Origin: Actinomycetota bacterium
Lineage (GTDB): Bacteria; Actinomycetota; UBA4738
Length of the DNA: 64,000 nucleotides
NCBI GenBank assembly: GCA_050692195.1
Contig: JBOGVA010000018.1
Location: 19,479 to 83,478 of the forward strand
Direction of reading: 5' to 3'
Both the position numbers and the translations under genes were made by a program. This document shows, piece by piece, positions 35,102 to 43,782 of the stretch. The notes beneath the pieces were generated by a model. The model worked only from the letters and a program-made list of their open reading frames with translations, did no database searches and was not told where the DNA came from. Within the stretch, counting starts at the first letter, position 1; every line of letters starts with the position of its first letter.

Positions 35102-37582
35102 TCAGGGTCCAGGACCGGGCTGAGCCTTGATTCCGACGAATATGGTCACCGTGGATCCCCTCTTTCGCCTCGACCCCCCAGGCGGTTCCTGGGCCACGAC
35201 CTTGCCCTCGTCTTGCGGATCGCTCGGCACCTCCACGACGGCCACCTTGAAGCCCGCATCCCTCAGGATCTTCTTCGCCTCTTGCTCTTCGAGGCCCACC
35301 ACATCCGGCACCCGGATCCGCTTCTCCGGGGGTGGCCCCCTTCCGTTGCTGACGAAGATGGTCACACCGCTGCCGAGCGTGACCCTGGCGCCGGCCGTGG
35401 GCGACTGCGCCACGACGGTGCCTGGAGGCTCGTGCGACTCGACCTCCTGGGGGATGGCGGTGAAGTCGGCGTCGGCCAGGACGTCTTCGGCCTCCTGCTC
35501 CATGAGGCCGACCACGTTGGGCACGATCCCCGCCTTCTGCGGCGGAGGAGTCGGGAAGTCCTTGACGGCCATCCCCTCCACGGCCACCCGCATGTACTCT
35601 CCCCAGATCGGGGCGGCGATGCTCCCCCCGAAGGCGTTCCTTCCCCCCAGCACGCGGAGGCCCCGCATCTCGTACTCCCGCTCCGTGTAGCCGACCCACA
35701 CACCGGTCACGAGCTGGGGGATGTAGCCCATGAACCAGGCGTCCTTGTAGTCCTGGCCGGTCCCGGTCTTGCCCGCCACAGGGCGGCCGATGTTGGCCAC
35801 GGTTCCGGTCCCGTGCTGGACCACGCCTCTCAGCATGGAGGTGGCCTGGGCCGCGATGGCCGGGTCGACCCGGCGCTTGCAGCTCGGCTTAGTGCGGAAG
35901 ATGGTCTTCCCCTGGGCGGACACGACCTTCCGAATGGCGAAGGGGCGGCAGTGCACTCCCCCGCTGGCAAGCGTCGCGAAGCCCGACGTCATCGCCAGCG
36001 GGCTGACCTCGACCGAGCCCAGAGTGATCGCGCACACGGGAGGAACGGACACCTTCGCGTTGGAGGCGTAGCTCCTCACGCCCATGCGGCTGGCCACCTT
36101 TGACACGTAGGCGGGACCTCCCGGGATGTCGGCGATCAGCTGGGCGAACACCACGTTCACCGAGTTGGCGGTGGCGGTGGTGAGGGGCATGTAGCCACCT
36201 CCGCCGCCCTCGGCGTTGGAGGGTTCCCATACGCCGTCGGGATCGGGACACTTGTCTGGATCGATCCGGGTGGGGGACTTCGAGTCGTACACCTTCCCCG
36301 GCGGGATCCCCTTCTCCAGGGCGGCCACCAAGGTGAATGCCTTGAAGGCGCTCCCCGCGCCCCGCCGCGCCTGCGTCGCCAGGTTGAACTGCTTCTTCGA
36401 GAAGTCCTTTCCGCCGTACATCGTCAGGATGGCCCCGTTCCGACTGGCAATGGTCACCACCGAGGCCGCCGGATCCATGTCCGGGGGCTTCTTGCCAGGG
36501 TTGGGGAGCCGCCGCTCCACGGTCTCCTTGGCGGCTCTTTGCATACGCCGGTCCAACGTCGTGTAGATCTTCAGGCCTCCCTGGTACAGGGCGCGCTCGC
36601 GCTGGCGGACCGTCCTCCCGAAGACCTTGCGGATCTGCTTGTACTGAGGATCGTCTTTGGGTGGGTGCAGGATCTGCTGGCGGACGTAGTCCACGAAGTA
36701 AGGCTGCGGGCCGTACTTGTTCACGGTCCGCTTCTTCTTGGACATCCTGATGCGAGCAGCGGCAGCTTTCGCGTACTCGGCCCGGTCGATCCAGTCGAGC
36801 TCGAGCATCCGGCGCAGCACGTAGTTACGACGAGTCAAAGCGCCGGGGCGGTTCGTGACCGGGTCCCAGGTGGCCGGCGCAGAGATCATCCCGGCGAGGA
36901 GAGCTGCCTGCTCGATGGTCAGATCAGCGGGGCGCTTGGCGAAGTAGTACTCGGCGGCCGCGCCGATCCCGTAGGTGCCGTGCCCGAAGTACACCTGGTT
37001 GAGGTAGAGCTCGAGGATCTGGTTCTTGGTGTAGGCCCGCTCCAGCCGAATGGCGGCCTGGGCCTCTTTGAACTTCCGTTCGAAGGTCTGCTCGCCGCCG
37101 GTCACGGTGTTCTTCACCAGCTGCTGGCTGATGGTGGAGGCGCCCGAGATGACCTCGCCGGCGAGAAGGTTGTCGATGCCGGCTCTGACGATCGCTACGG
37201 GATCGATCGGGCCGTGCTCGTAGAACCGAGCGTCCTCGATGGCCAGGATGGCATTGCGTGTGACCTGGTTCACCTTGTCCAGGGGGACGTAGATCCGGTT
37301 GTAGTCGGCCACTGTTGCCAAGACGCGACCATCGGATGCGTGGATGGTGGAGCGCTGGGGGAAGTCGGGGATCTCCAAGCCTTCCCCGTCGCCGAGGAAC
37401 TTGTCGTCGAACCTCTTGATGGCGGTGCCGGCTCCGCCCACAGCCGGAGAAAGGCCCACGGCCACCAGTGCGGCGGCGACCGCCACGACCACCGGGATCA
37501 TCAGCACGCGGTACGCGATCCGGTAGAGAGAGAAGCCCTCCCTCTGGACCGGCCAGGCGCTGACTTGTCGATTACGGATCAC
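35102..37582 (-). CDS. ponA: class A penicillin-binding protein (transglycosylase/transpeptidase) with two C-terminal PASTA domains
   Basis: 826 aa. GT51 motifs EDARFYEH and RKFKE. TPase motifs SAFK, SVN-type and KTGT. Two PASTA repeats (VPNVVGLMEQEAEDVL...; VPDVVGLEEQEAKKIL...). Confidence 0.95.
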   Translation of the reverse strand: MIRNRQVSAWPVQREGFSLYRIAYRVLMIPVVVAVAAALVAVGLSPAVGGAGTAIKRFDDKFLGDGEGLEIPDFPQRSTIHASDGRVLATVADYNRIYVPLDKVNQVTRNAILAIEDARFYEHGPIDPVAIVRAGIDNLLAGEVISGASTISQQLVKNTVTGGEQTFERKFKEAQAAIRLERAYTKNQILELYLNQVYFGHGTYGIGAAAEYYFAKRPADLTIEQAALLAGMISAPATWDPVTNRPGALTRRNYVLRRMLELDWIDRAEYAKAAAARIRMSKKKRTVNKYGPQPYFVDYVRQQILHPPKDDPQYKQIRKVFGRTVRQRERALYQGGLKIYTTLDRRMQRAAKETVERRLPNPGKKPPDMDPAASVVTIASRNGAILTMYGGKDFSKKQFNLATQARRGAGSAFKAFTLVAALEKGIPPGKVYDSKSPTRIDPDKCPDPDGVWEPSNAEGGGGGYMPLTTATANSVNVVFAQLIADIPGGPAYVSKVASRMGVRSYASNAKVSVPPVCAITLGSVEVSPLAMTSGFATLASGGVHCRPFAIRKVVSAQGKTIFRTKPSCKRRVDPAIAAQATSMLRGVVQHGTGTVANIGRPVAGKTGTGQDYKDAWFMGYIPQLVTGVWVGYTEREYEMRGLRVLGGRNAFGGSIAAPIWGEYMRVAVEGMAVKDFPTPPPQKAGIVPNVVGLMEQEAEDVLADADFTAIPQEVESHEPPGTVVAQSPTAGARVTLGSGVTIFVSNGRGPPPEKRIRVPDVVGLEEQEAKKILRDAGFKVAVVEVPSDPQDEGKVVAQEPPGGSRRKRGSTVTIFVGIKAQPGPGP

Positions 37583-37721
37583 GGGGAACGACTCGTCTCG
37601 AAGCCTCCGTAGCTCACTGTGCCGAAAGGACGAACCACTGTCTCAACACTACCCCAGGGCGTAGCGATTTAGGCCGGATGGACGATTCGCTCGGCGTCAT
37701 CCACACCCTAGGATAGCCGCC

Positions 37722-37985
37722 ATGTCGTGGATGGACCAGGCTCTCTGTCGGCAACAGGACCCGGAGATCTTCTTCAACCAGCGCGCGAGATCCGAACGCC
37801 AGGCCAAGCGGATCTGTGAACGGTGCAGCGTCAGGACCGACTGTCTGGAGCTCGCCCTCCAGTCCGAGAGCGAGTTCGGCGTGTGGGGCGGCCTCAGCGG
37901 GCCGGAGCGGATGGTGCTCCTCCGAGGGTCCACCCGGACCGAGGGGGACCCGCTCGTCGCCGCGATGGCCGAGAAGACAGCCTGA
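37722..37985 (+). CDS. whiB: WhiB family transcriptional regulator
   Basis: 87 aa with four Cys (C-x22-C-x2-C-x5-C: ALCRQ...CERCSVRTDC) and the GVWGG turn. Confidence 0.9.
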   Translation: MSWMDQALCRQQDPEIFFNQRARSERQAKRICERCSVRTDCLELALQSESEFGVWGGLSGPERMVLLRGSTRTEGDPLVAAMAEKTA

Positions 37986-38038
37986 ATCGGCATCCGTCCC
38001 CCGGTCAGCCCGCCTTTCCCTCTCCGTACAATCGACCG

Positions 38039-39355
38039 GTGAAGCGCCTCGCCGTGCTGGCCTCGCTCTCCTTGGGTCTGACCCTGCCGTCCGCGGCTCT
38101 CGGGGTACAGGGAGATGCCACGGCCGCGACCCTCGTTGCCGCCGTTGACGTGGTGAAGGTCCAGGGCACCATCGATCCAGCACTGTCCGACTACGTCCGG
38201 GGGAGGATCGAGTCCGCGGCCTTGGGGACGGTCGTCGTCCTTCAGCTCGACTCCAGGGGCTCTCTGGGCCGTGAGGTGGTCGGTGTGGGACGGGCCATTC
38301 GTGCGGCTCCCGTCCCGGTCGTGATGTGGATCGGGCCATCGGGGGCCCGAGCGGAGGGGGGAGCTCTGTTGCTCGCCTATTCGTCCTCGCTCGTGGCGAT
38401 GGCACCCGGTGCCGGAATCGGCCCGGCCCGGCCGGTCGACCTGGGGACGGCCCCTCCTCGGGAGGACCCGGCGGAGGTCGCTCGGTTCGGGGAGGAACTG
38501 GTCGCCCTGGCCCCCGGAGCGGGTGCGAATCCCAAGGGAGTCCGCGAGCTTCTCTCCGGACCCTCTCTCGCGGCGGGTCCGGCGCTCGAGTCCGGGGCCG
38601 TCGGCCTTGTCGCCGTGGACATCGCGGACCTCCTTCGGAAACTCGACGGCCGATCCCTCCGAGTGGGGCGGAGCACGACGATGTTGGCCACCCTTGGGCC
38701 GGATGGCAGGGTGGCGGTACCGGTCCGGTTCCACGAGATGGGCCCGGTCCGGCGGCTCGTGCACGTGGTGAGCACGCCGACCGCGGTGTACGTGCTTCTG
38801 GTCCTTGGTCTGTGGGCGCTGGCCTTCGAGCTGACCCAGCCGGGGCTCGGCGTGGCCGGCATCTTTGGGGTGGCTTCGCTCGCCCTGGCGGCCTACGGTC
38901 TGAGCGTCATACCGGTCCGCTGGCTCGGGCTTGCCCTTCTCCTTGCCGGAGCTGGCCTTCAGGGACTGGACGTGGTGATCCGCCGGGTTGCCCTCCTGAC
39001 CCTGGCCGGCACCGCGGCCTTTGTCGCAGGATCCGTCCTGGCATGGCGGGGCGTGGCTCCGGCCATCGATCTCTCGCCGTGGCTCGTCGCGTTCGCGACC
39101 GTTGGAGGGGTCCTGTTCTTCGGGTTCGGCCTGACGGTGGCTTTGAAGTCGAGGGAGCGGGCCAGGTCGGCCCAGGTCGGCCTGGTGGGGCTGGTGGGGG
39201 AGGCCCGGAAGGACCTCGACCCGGAGGGGGCCGTCTTCGTCAAGGGATCCATGTGGCGGGCCCGGTCGGCAGATGGACCCATCGCCAAGGGGCGGCGTGT
39301 GCGGGTCAGGGGCATCGACGGGCTGATCCTTCGCGTGGAGGAAGAGCCGGACTGA
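38039..39355 (+). CDS. NfeD family membrane protein (ClpP-class protease domain plus OB-fold)
   Basis: GTG 38039 (VKRLAVLASLSLGL signal), in frame with track ORF 37823..39355. It has a ClpP-like N-domain, about five TM helices and a C-terminal NfeD OB domain (AVFVKGSMWRARS...VRVRGIDGLILRV). Confidence 0.85.
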   Translation: MKRLAVLASLSLGLTLPSAALGVQGDATAATLVAAVDVVKVQGTIDPALSDYVRGRIESAALGTVVVLQLDSRGSLGREVVGVGRAIRAAPVPVVMWIGPSGARAEGGALLLAYSSSLVAMAPGAGIGPARPVDLGTAPPREDPAEVARFGEELVALAPGAGANPKGVRELLSGPSLAAGPALESGAVGLVAVDIADLLRKLDGRSLRVGRSTTMLATLGPDGRVAVPVRFHEMGPVRRLVHVVSTPTAVYVLLVLGLWALAFELTQPGLGVAGIFGVASLALAAYGLSVIPVRWLGLALLLAGAGLQGLDVVIRRVALLTLAGTAAFVAGSVLAWRGVAPAIDLSPWLVAFATVGGVLFFGFGLTVALKSRERARSAQVGLVGLVGEARKDLDPEGAVFVKGSMWRARSADGPIAKGRRVRVRGIDGLILRVEEEPD

Positions 39356-39494
39356 CCCCAACCCGACGATGGGCCCCCGGAGCGGCTCTCAGGGCAGCCT
39401 CAGGTTTGTGTGGATTGTGTTAACGCGCGGTAAAGAGGGGAACCGGCGGCATCCGCGGAGCGTCCCATGTACGAAGAACTCGGAGAAGGTGACG

Positions 39495-39809
39495 ATGCCC
39501 AAGGAGGGGCCAGGGGGCGCGTCGATGGCGACGGACAGTTGGGATTACGGGTGGCAGTGGCGAGGCGCATGCCGCGGCGAGGATTCCGGCCTGTTCTTCG
39601 CCCCCAACCACTTCGAGACGAAGGACGACAAGGAGGCGCGAGAACGGCGGGCCAAGGCGATCTGCTCGACCTGCCCGGTTCGTGTCGATTGCCTCGAGTA
39701 CTCTCTCCGGACCCGCGAGCCCCACGGCATCTGGGGTGGGCTCAACGAGGTCGAGCGCCGCATGGTGATCCGGTCGCGGGATCGTGCTCCCCTGCGCTCG
39801 GTGGGCTAA
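39495..39809 (+). CDS. whiB: WhiB family transcriptional regulator (second paralogue)
   Basis: ATG 39495 after GGAGAAGG (alternative ATG 39525). Motifs: WRGACRGED..LFF, CSTCPVRVDC, GIWGGL. Confidence 0.85.
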   Translation: MPKEGPGGASMATDSWDYGWQWRGACRGEDSGLFFAPNHFETKDDKEARERRAKAICSTCPVRVDCLEYSLRTREPHGIWGGLNEVERRMVIRSRDRAPLRSVG

Positions 39810-39841
39810 CTCCCTCCACCACAAGGGCTAACCTACCCGAC

Positions 39842-40318
39842 GTGGCTGCACCGCCTACGGGTGTGGAGGCACGTCTCCAGGAGTTGGGGTTCGCCTTGCC
39901 CACGGCTCCCGCGCCTCTTGCCACATACGTCCCTGTCCGGATCACGGGAGACATCGCGTTCGTCTCGGGCCAGGTCCCGATGGAGGACGGCAAGCTCCTG
40001 GTGGCCGGAAGGCTCGGGGCCGACCTGGATCTCCACGCCGGCGCCGAGGCTGCTCGCCGCTGCGTGCTGCAGGCCCTGGCAGCTCTGAAGGCCGAGTTGG
40101 GGTCGCTGGACAGGATCAGGCGGATCGTCAAGCTGTCCGTGTTCGTGTCCTCGGCGCAGGGGTTCACCGATCAGCCCAAGGTGGCGAACGGGGCCAGCGA
40201 CCTGCTCGTCGAGGTGTTCGGAGAGGCCGGCCGCCATGCCCGTGCAGCTGTGGGCGTCTCGGAGCTTCCGCTGGGCGCGCCGGTCGAGGTGGAGCTGGTC
40301 GCCGAGATCGAGCCCTAG
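39842..40318 (+). CDS. RidA/YjgF family protein
   Basis: IAFVSGQVPMEDGKLL...RIVKLSVFVSSAQGF...RAAVGVSELPLGAPVEVELV. Start GTG 39842 or 39863. Confidence 0.85.
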   Translation: MAAPPTGVEARLQELGFALPTAPAPLATYVPVRITGDIAFVSGQVPMEDGKLLVAGRLGADLDLHAGAEAARRCVLQALAALKAELGSLDRIRRIVKLSVFVSSAQGFTDQPKVANGASDLLVEVFGEAGRHARAAVGVSELPLGAPVEVELVAEIEP

Positions 40319-42234
40319 GCTCCGCCCGGGCGACCGAGGGAATCGCCCCGGAGCACCCGCGCGTCGCCCTGCCGCCTGGTCAGTCCCCGAGCGTCGAAGT
40401 ACTCGAGGATCGGCAGCGCGTACTTGCGGCTGGTGCCTAGTGCCTCCCTGAAGGCGGACACGGTGAACCCGGGAGGGCTCCCTCCGGCTCGGACGATCCC
40501 CTCCGCCCGGCTCAGGAAGGCCGGGCTGATCACGATGTCCGGTGAGATCCGAACGAGCCGGCCGTCCGCGCATGCGGCCCTGATCAGCTCGCTCCCGAAG
40601 CCGGCCGCGACGAGCTCCCGCACGGACGGGGGGGTCGGCTCGGCCTCTCGGACCGCGTCGATAAGCCGGTCGGCGTCTTCCCTCCCTGCGGTCGAGGCCG
40701 AATGTGTGGGCAGGCGGAGGACGGCTCCCTCACGGACCACCCTGCCCTCGCCGACCAGGTGCAGCAGGAACGCGTCCGCGAGGCCGGGGTCGGAGAACCT
40801 CGCTCCCTCCTCGGCGAGGAGCGCCCGGGCCTCGCTCACCTCCATTCCAGGACTGAGCGGGTGCTGCCCGTGGTGACCCGCCAGTGCCTGCAGCAGGGTC
40901 CTCGTGGTCCGCTCGGCGAGATCCGGGCTCATCAACCACTCGTTCATACGCACGGCTCCCCGGAGCACCGCCTCATCCGGGTGCGCGCCGGCAAGAACCT
41001 TGACCTCGGATGCGCGAAGGGCCCCTCGGTCCTCGACCAGCCTCCACGCCACCTCCTCGCGACGGGATCCAAGTCGAGCTCGAAGCCGGGTCACCGGATC
41101 GGCCTTCCTTCGTACGGGGGGATCGGTGTCCAGGACTCGGCCCCCGGCCACCGTCTCCCGCCGGCCGGCCTCACGGAGCACGAAGCTGTCCTTGAAGTCG
41201 AGGACCATGGGCCGGGACATGGTCACCCTCACGAATGCGTCCTCTCCCGGTCGAACTTCCCTGGCGCCGTACAGGCGGATCCGGGCATCGCGCTCAGCGG
41301 AGCCGGCGTACAGCTTGTACGCCCCACGCGAGGTGAGGGGGTGATCGAGATCGCGGACGGGGCGGATCCAGCCTTCGAATGCCGATGTCTCCCTCCACTG
41401 CCCCGGCAGGGTCAGCACGTCTCCGCGCTCCAGGTCTCTCTTGGCCGTGCCCGCCAGGTTGACCGCCACCCGGCTGACCGGTCTGGCCACCTCCAGCGAC
41501 CGCTTGTGCGTCTGGAGCCCCCGGATCCTGGCCACGTGACCCGTGGGCAGGACCTCGGCCTCCTGCCCGACCGCGATCGTCCCGCCCGTAAGGGTCCCGG
41601 TGACGACCGTCCCGGCTCCCCGGATCGTGAAGACACGATCGATGAACTGCCTGGGTCGCCCGCCACTCTCCGGAGGGGGCGCTTCGGCCAGCATGGTGTC
41701 CAGCGCTGCCCGGAGATCGTCGATGCCCCGACCATCCTGGGCGGAACAGGGGATGATCGGAGCGGTCTCCAGGCGGGTTCCCTTCATCCGCCCGCGAACC
41801 TCGTCGGCCCGCGTCTGGATGGTGTCATCGTCCACCAGGTCCCGCTTCGTCAGCGCCACCACGCCGGCATGGGCCCCCAGCACGTCCACGATCTGAAGAT
41901 GCTCCTCCGACTGCGGCTTCCAGCCTTCGTCGGCGGCAACCACGAACAGGACCAGACGCACCGGCCCCACGCCGGCAAGCATGTTGCGGATGAAGTGTTC
42001 GTGGCCGGGAACGTCCACGAACCCCACCTCCCGGCCCGAGGGCAGGGTGGCCCAGGCGAACCCGAGGTCGATCGTGAGCCCCCGACGCTTCTCTTCGGCC
42101 AGACGGTCGGGATCGGTGCCGGTGAGGGCGATGATGAGCGCCGACTTTCCGTGATCCACATGTCCGGCCGTGGCCACCGTATGCATCGTTCCGGTGTCGG
42201 CATCCATGGCGGATCCAGCGGGTTGCGCCTTCAT
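40315..42234 (-). CDS. selB: selenocysteine-specific elongation factor SelB
   Basis: ATAGHVDHGKSALI, DVPGHEHF, TKRD, and a C-terminal winged-helix tail (RKYALPILEYFDARGLTRRQGDARV). The real start is possibly ATG 42183 (MHTVATAGH). Confidence 0.9.
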   Translation of the reverse strand: MKAQPAGSAMDADTGTMHTVATAGHVDHGKSALIIALTGTDPDRLAEEKRRGLTIDLGFAWATLPSGREVGFVDVPGHEHFIRNMLAGVGPVRLVLFVVAADEGWKPQSEEHLQIVDVLGAHAGVVALTKRDLVDDDTIQTRADEVRGRMKGTRLETAPIIPCSAQDGRGIDDLRAALDTMLAEAPPPESGGRPRQFIDRVFTIRGAGTVVTGTLTGGTIAVGQEAEVLPTGHVARIRGLQTHKRSLEVARPVSRVAVNLAGTAKRDLERGDVLTLPGQWRETSAFEGWIRPVRDLDHPLTSRGAYKLYAGSAERDARIRLYGAREVRPGEDAFVRVTMSRPMVLDFKDSFVLREAGRRETVAGGRVLDTDPPVRRKADPVTRLRARLGSRREEVAWRLVEDRGALRASEVKVLAGAHPDEAVLRGAVRMNEWLMSPDLAERTTRTLLQALAGHHGQHPLSPGMEVSEARALLAEEGARFSDPGLADAFLLHLVGEGRVVREGAVLRLPTHSASTAGREDADRLIDAVREAEPTPPSVRELVAAGFGSELIRAACADGRLVRISPDIVISPAFLSRAEGIVRAGGSPPGFTVSAFREALGTSRKYALPILEYFDARGLTRRQGDARVLRGDSLGRPGGA

Positions 42235-42250
42235 GGGCCGATCGCCCGGC

Positions 42251-43612
42251 TCAGTCCTGCTCGAGCGCGTACCGGATCGCCCGAAGGAGCCGGTCGTCGT
42301 CTTCCGGCGGCACCGCGCGAAGGTCGAAGACCAGAGCGCCGTCCTCGAGCCGGCAGAACACGGGCGGCCTGCCCAGGCGGAGCCGGGCCGCCAGCCCGTT
42401 CGGCGAGCGGACGGGAAGGACGAGCTCCGCGGAAGGGATGGCGTGACCGGGGAGCGAGCCTCCCCCTGCCACCGCCTCGCTCTTCCTGACCGTTGCTCCC
42501 TTGAAGATGGAGGCCAGCCCTTTCGCCCGAGCTACGAGCGCGGATTGCCCAACCGAAAGGAGCTCCCACAGGGGGACCTGCTCCCGGCGGCCGGTCGCAT
42601 AGAGACGCATCACGGCCTCGAGCGCGGCGACCGTCATCTTGTCGACTCGGAGGGCCCGAGCCAGGGGGTGGCGCCGCAGCCTCTCGATGAGGTCCGCCCT
42701 TCCGGCTAGGATCCCCGCCTGCGGGCCCCCCAGGAGCTTGTCGCCCGAGAACGAGACGACGTCGGCTCCTCCTGCCAGCGCTTCGGTCACCGCCGGCTCG
42801 TCCGCGGGGACCTCGGGGTATCGCTCCAGGAGCCCGCTCCCCAGGTCGTAGAGGAGTGGGACCGCGGCCGCGCGGGCGATCCCGGCCAGGTCCGCCAGGC
42901 CCACCGAGTTCGTGAACCCAACCACGCGGTAGTTGCTGGGGTGGACCTTGAGGATCAAGCCCGTCTTGGGGCCGATCGCCCGCTGATAGTCGCCGGGGCG
43001 CGTCCGGTTCGTCGTCCCCACCTCCACGAGCTTCGCCCCCGAGGCGGCCATGATCTCCGGCAGCCGGAACTCTCCCCCGATCTCGATGAGCTCTCCCCTC
43101 GAGACCAGGACCTCCTTGCGGGAGGCCAGCGCGGCAAGCGCCAGCAGGAGCGCGGCCGCGTTGTTGTTGACCACGAGCGCCGCCTCCGCCCCGGTGAGGG
43201 CCTCGATGAGCGCCTCGGCGTGAGATGTCCTTCGGCCTCGCGCGCCGGTCTCCCGCTCCACCTCGAGGTCGGAGTACCCGCGCGCCGCCGCCGCGGCCGC
43301 CCGGGCGGCACGCTCCGGGAGCGGAGCGCGCCCCAATCCGGTGTGGAGCAGGACGCCGCTCGCGTTGATGACTTCGCTGATGCCGTAGAAGTTGCGGGCG
43401 GCGGCCCCCAGGGCCCTGGCCAGGATGACCTCCTCGTCGGGGATGGAGGTGCCCCGCGCGGCCTGCGCTCGAACGTTCGCCAGGGTGGTCTTCAGGGCAT
43501 GCTTGACGACCGAACGGCCGAACTTCGCCGAGCCCTTCCGCGCGGGTCCCGAGCCGAGGAGCGTATCCACCGATGGGACCTTCCTGCGAAGGTCCGCCTT
43601 GGCGCCGGCCAT
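42251..43612 (-). CDS. selA: L-seryl-tRNA(Sec) selenium transferase SelA
   Basis: ATG 43612 (MAGAKADLRRKVPSVDTLL). Motifs: INASGVLLHTGLGRA, VVNNNAAALLL, FSGDKLLGGPQAG (PLP Lys). The track's TTG 43678 extension would translate the palindrome. Confidence 0.9.
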   Translation of the reverse strand: MAGAKADLRRKVPSVDTLLGSGPARKGSAKFGRSVVKHALKTTLANVRAQAARGTSIPDEEVILARALGAAARNFYGISEVINASGVLLHTGLGRAPLPERAARAAAAAARGYSDLEVERETGARGRRTSHAEALIEALTGAEAALVVNNNAAALLLALAALASRKEVLVSRGELIEIGGEFRLPEIMAASGAKLVEVGTTNRTRPGDYQRAIGPKTGLILKVHPSNYRVVGFTNSVGLADLAGIARAAAVPLLYDLGSGLLERYPEVPADEPAVTEALAGGADVVSFSGDKLLGGPQAGILAGRADLIERLRRHPLARALRVDKMTVAALEAVMRLYATGRREQVPLWELLSVGQSALVARAKGLASIFKGATVRKSEAVAGGGSLPGHAIPSAELVLPVRSPNGLAARLRLGRPPVFCRLEDGALVFDLRAVPPEDDDRLLRAIRYALEQD

Positions 43613-43651
43613 GGCAGTTGAATCTACCAAGCCAGCGCGCTGCCTGGCCTG

Positions 43652-43674
43652 CCCAAGCTTGGACCAAGCTTGGG
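43652..43674. promoter_or_regulatory. 23-bp perfect palindrome (two tandem self-complementary CCAAGCTTGG decamers)
   Basis: CCCAAGCTTGG-A-CCAAGCTTGGG in the 170-nt divergent region between selA and the kinase gene. Confidence 0.4.
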
Positions 43675-43782
43675 ACAAAACGTGCCCCGAACGCCCCTCT
43701 GCGTGGCAAGCTGTCCTGGTGAGGGTGCCGAGGTCCGGCTATCCGTCGGTCGTCCGCCCGCGTCTGTAAGGGAAGGGGAGGC

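Noticed and set aside
37697-39361. 554-aa minus-strand ORF, together with the 37614..38405 ORF.
   Set aside because: Both are antisense to whiB and NfeD and contain no domains.
43613-43782. Possible selC (tRNA-Sec) or SECIS element next to selA.
   Set aside because: No TCA-anticodon stem-loop or 8/9-bp acceptor helix can be folded. The palindrome is not downstream of any in-frame TGA.
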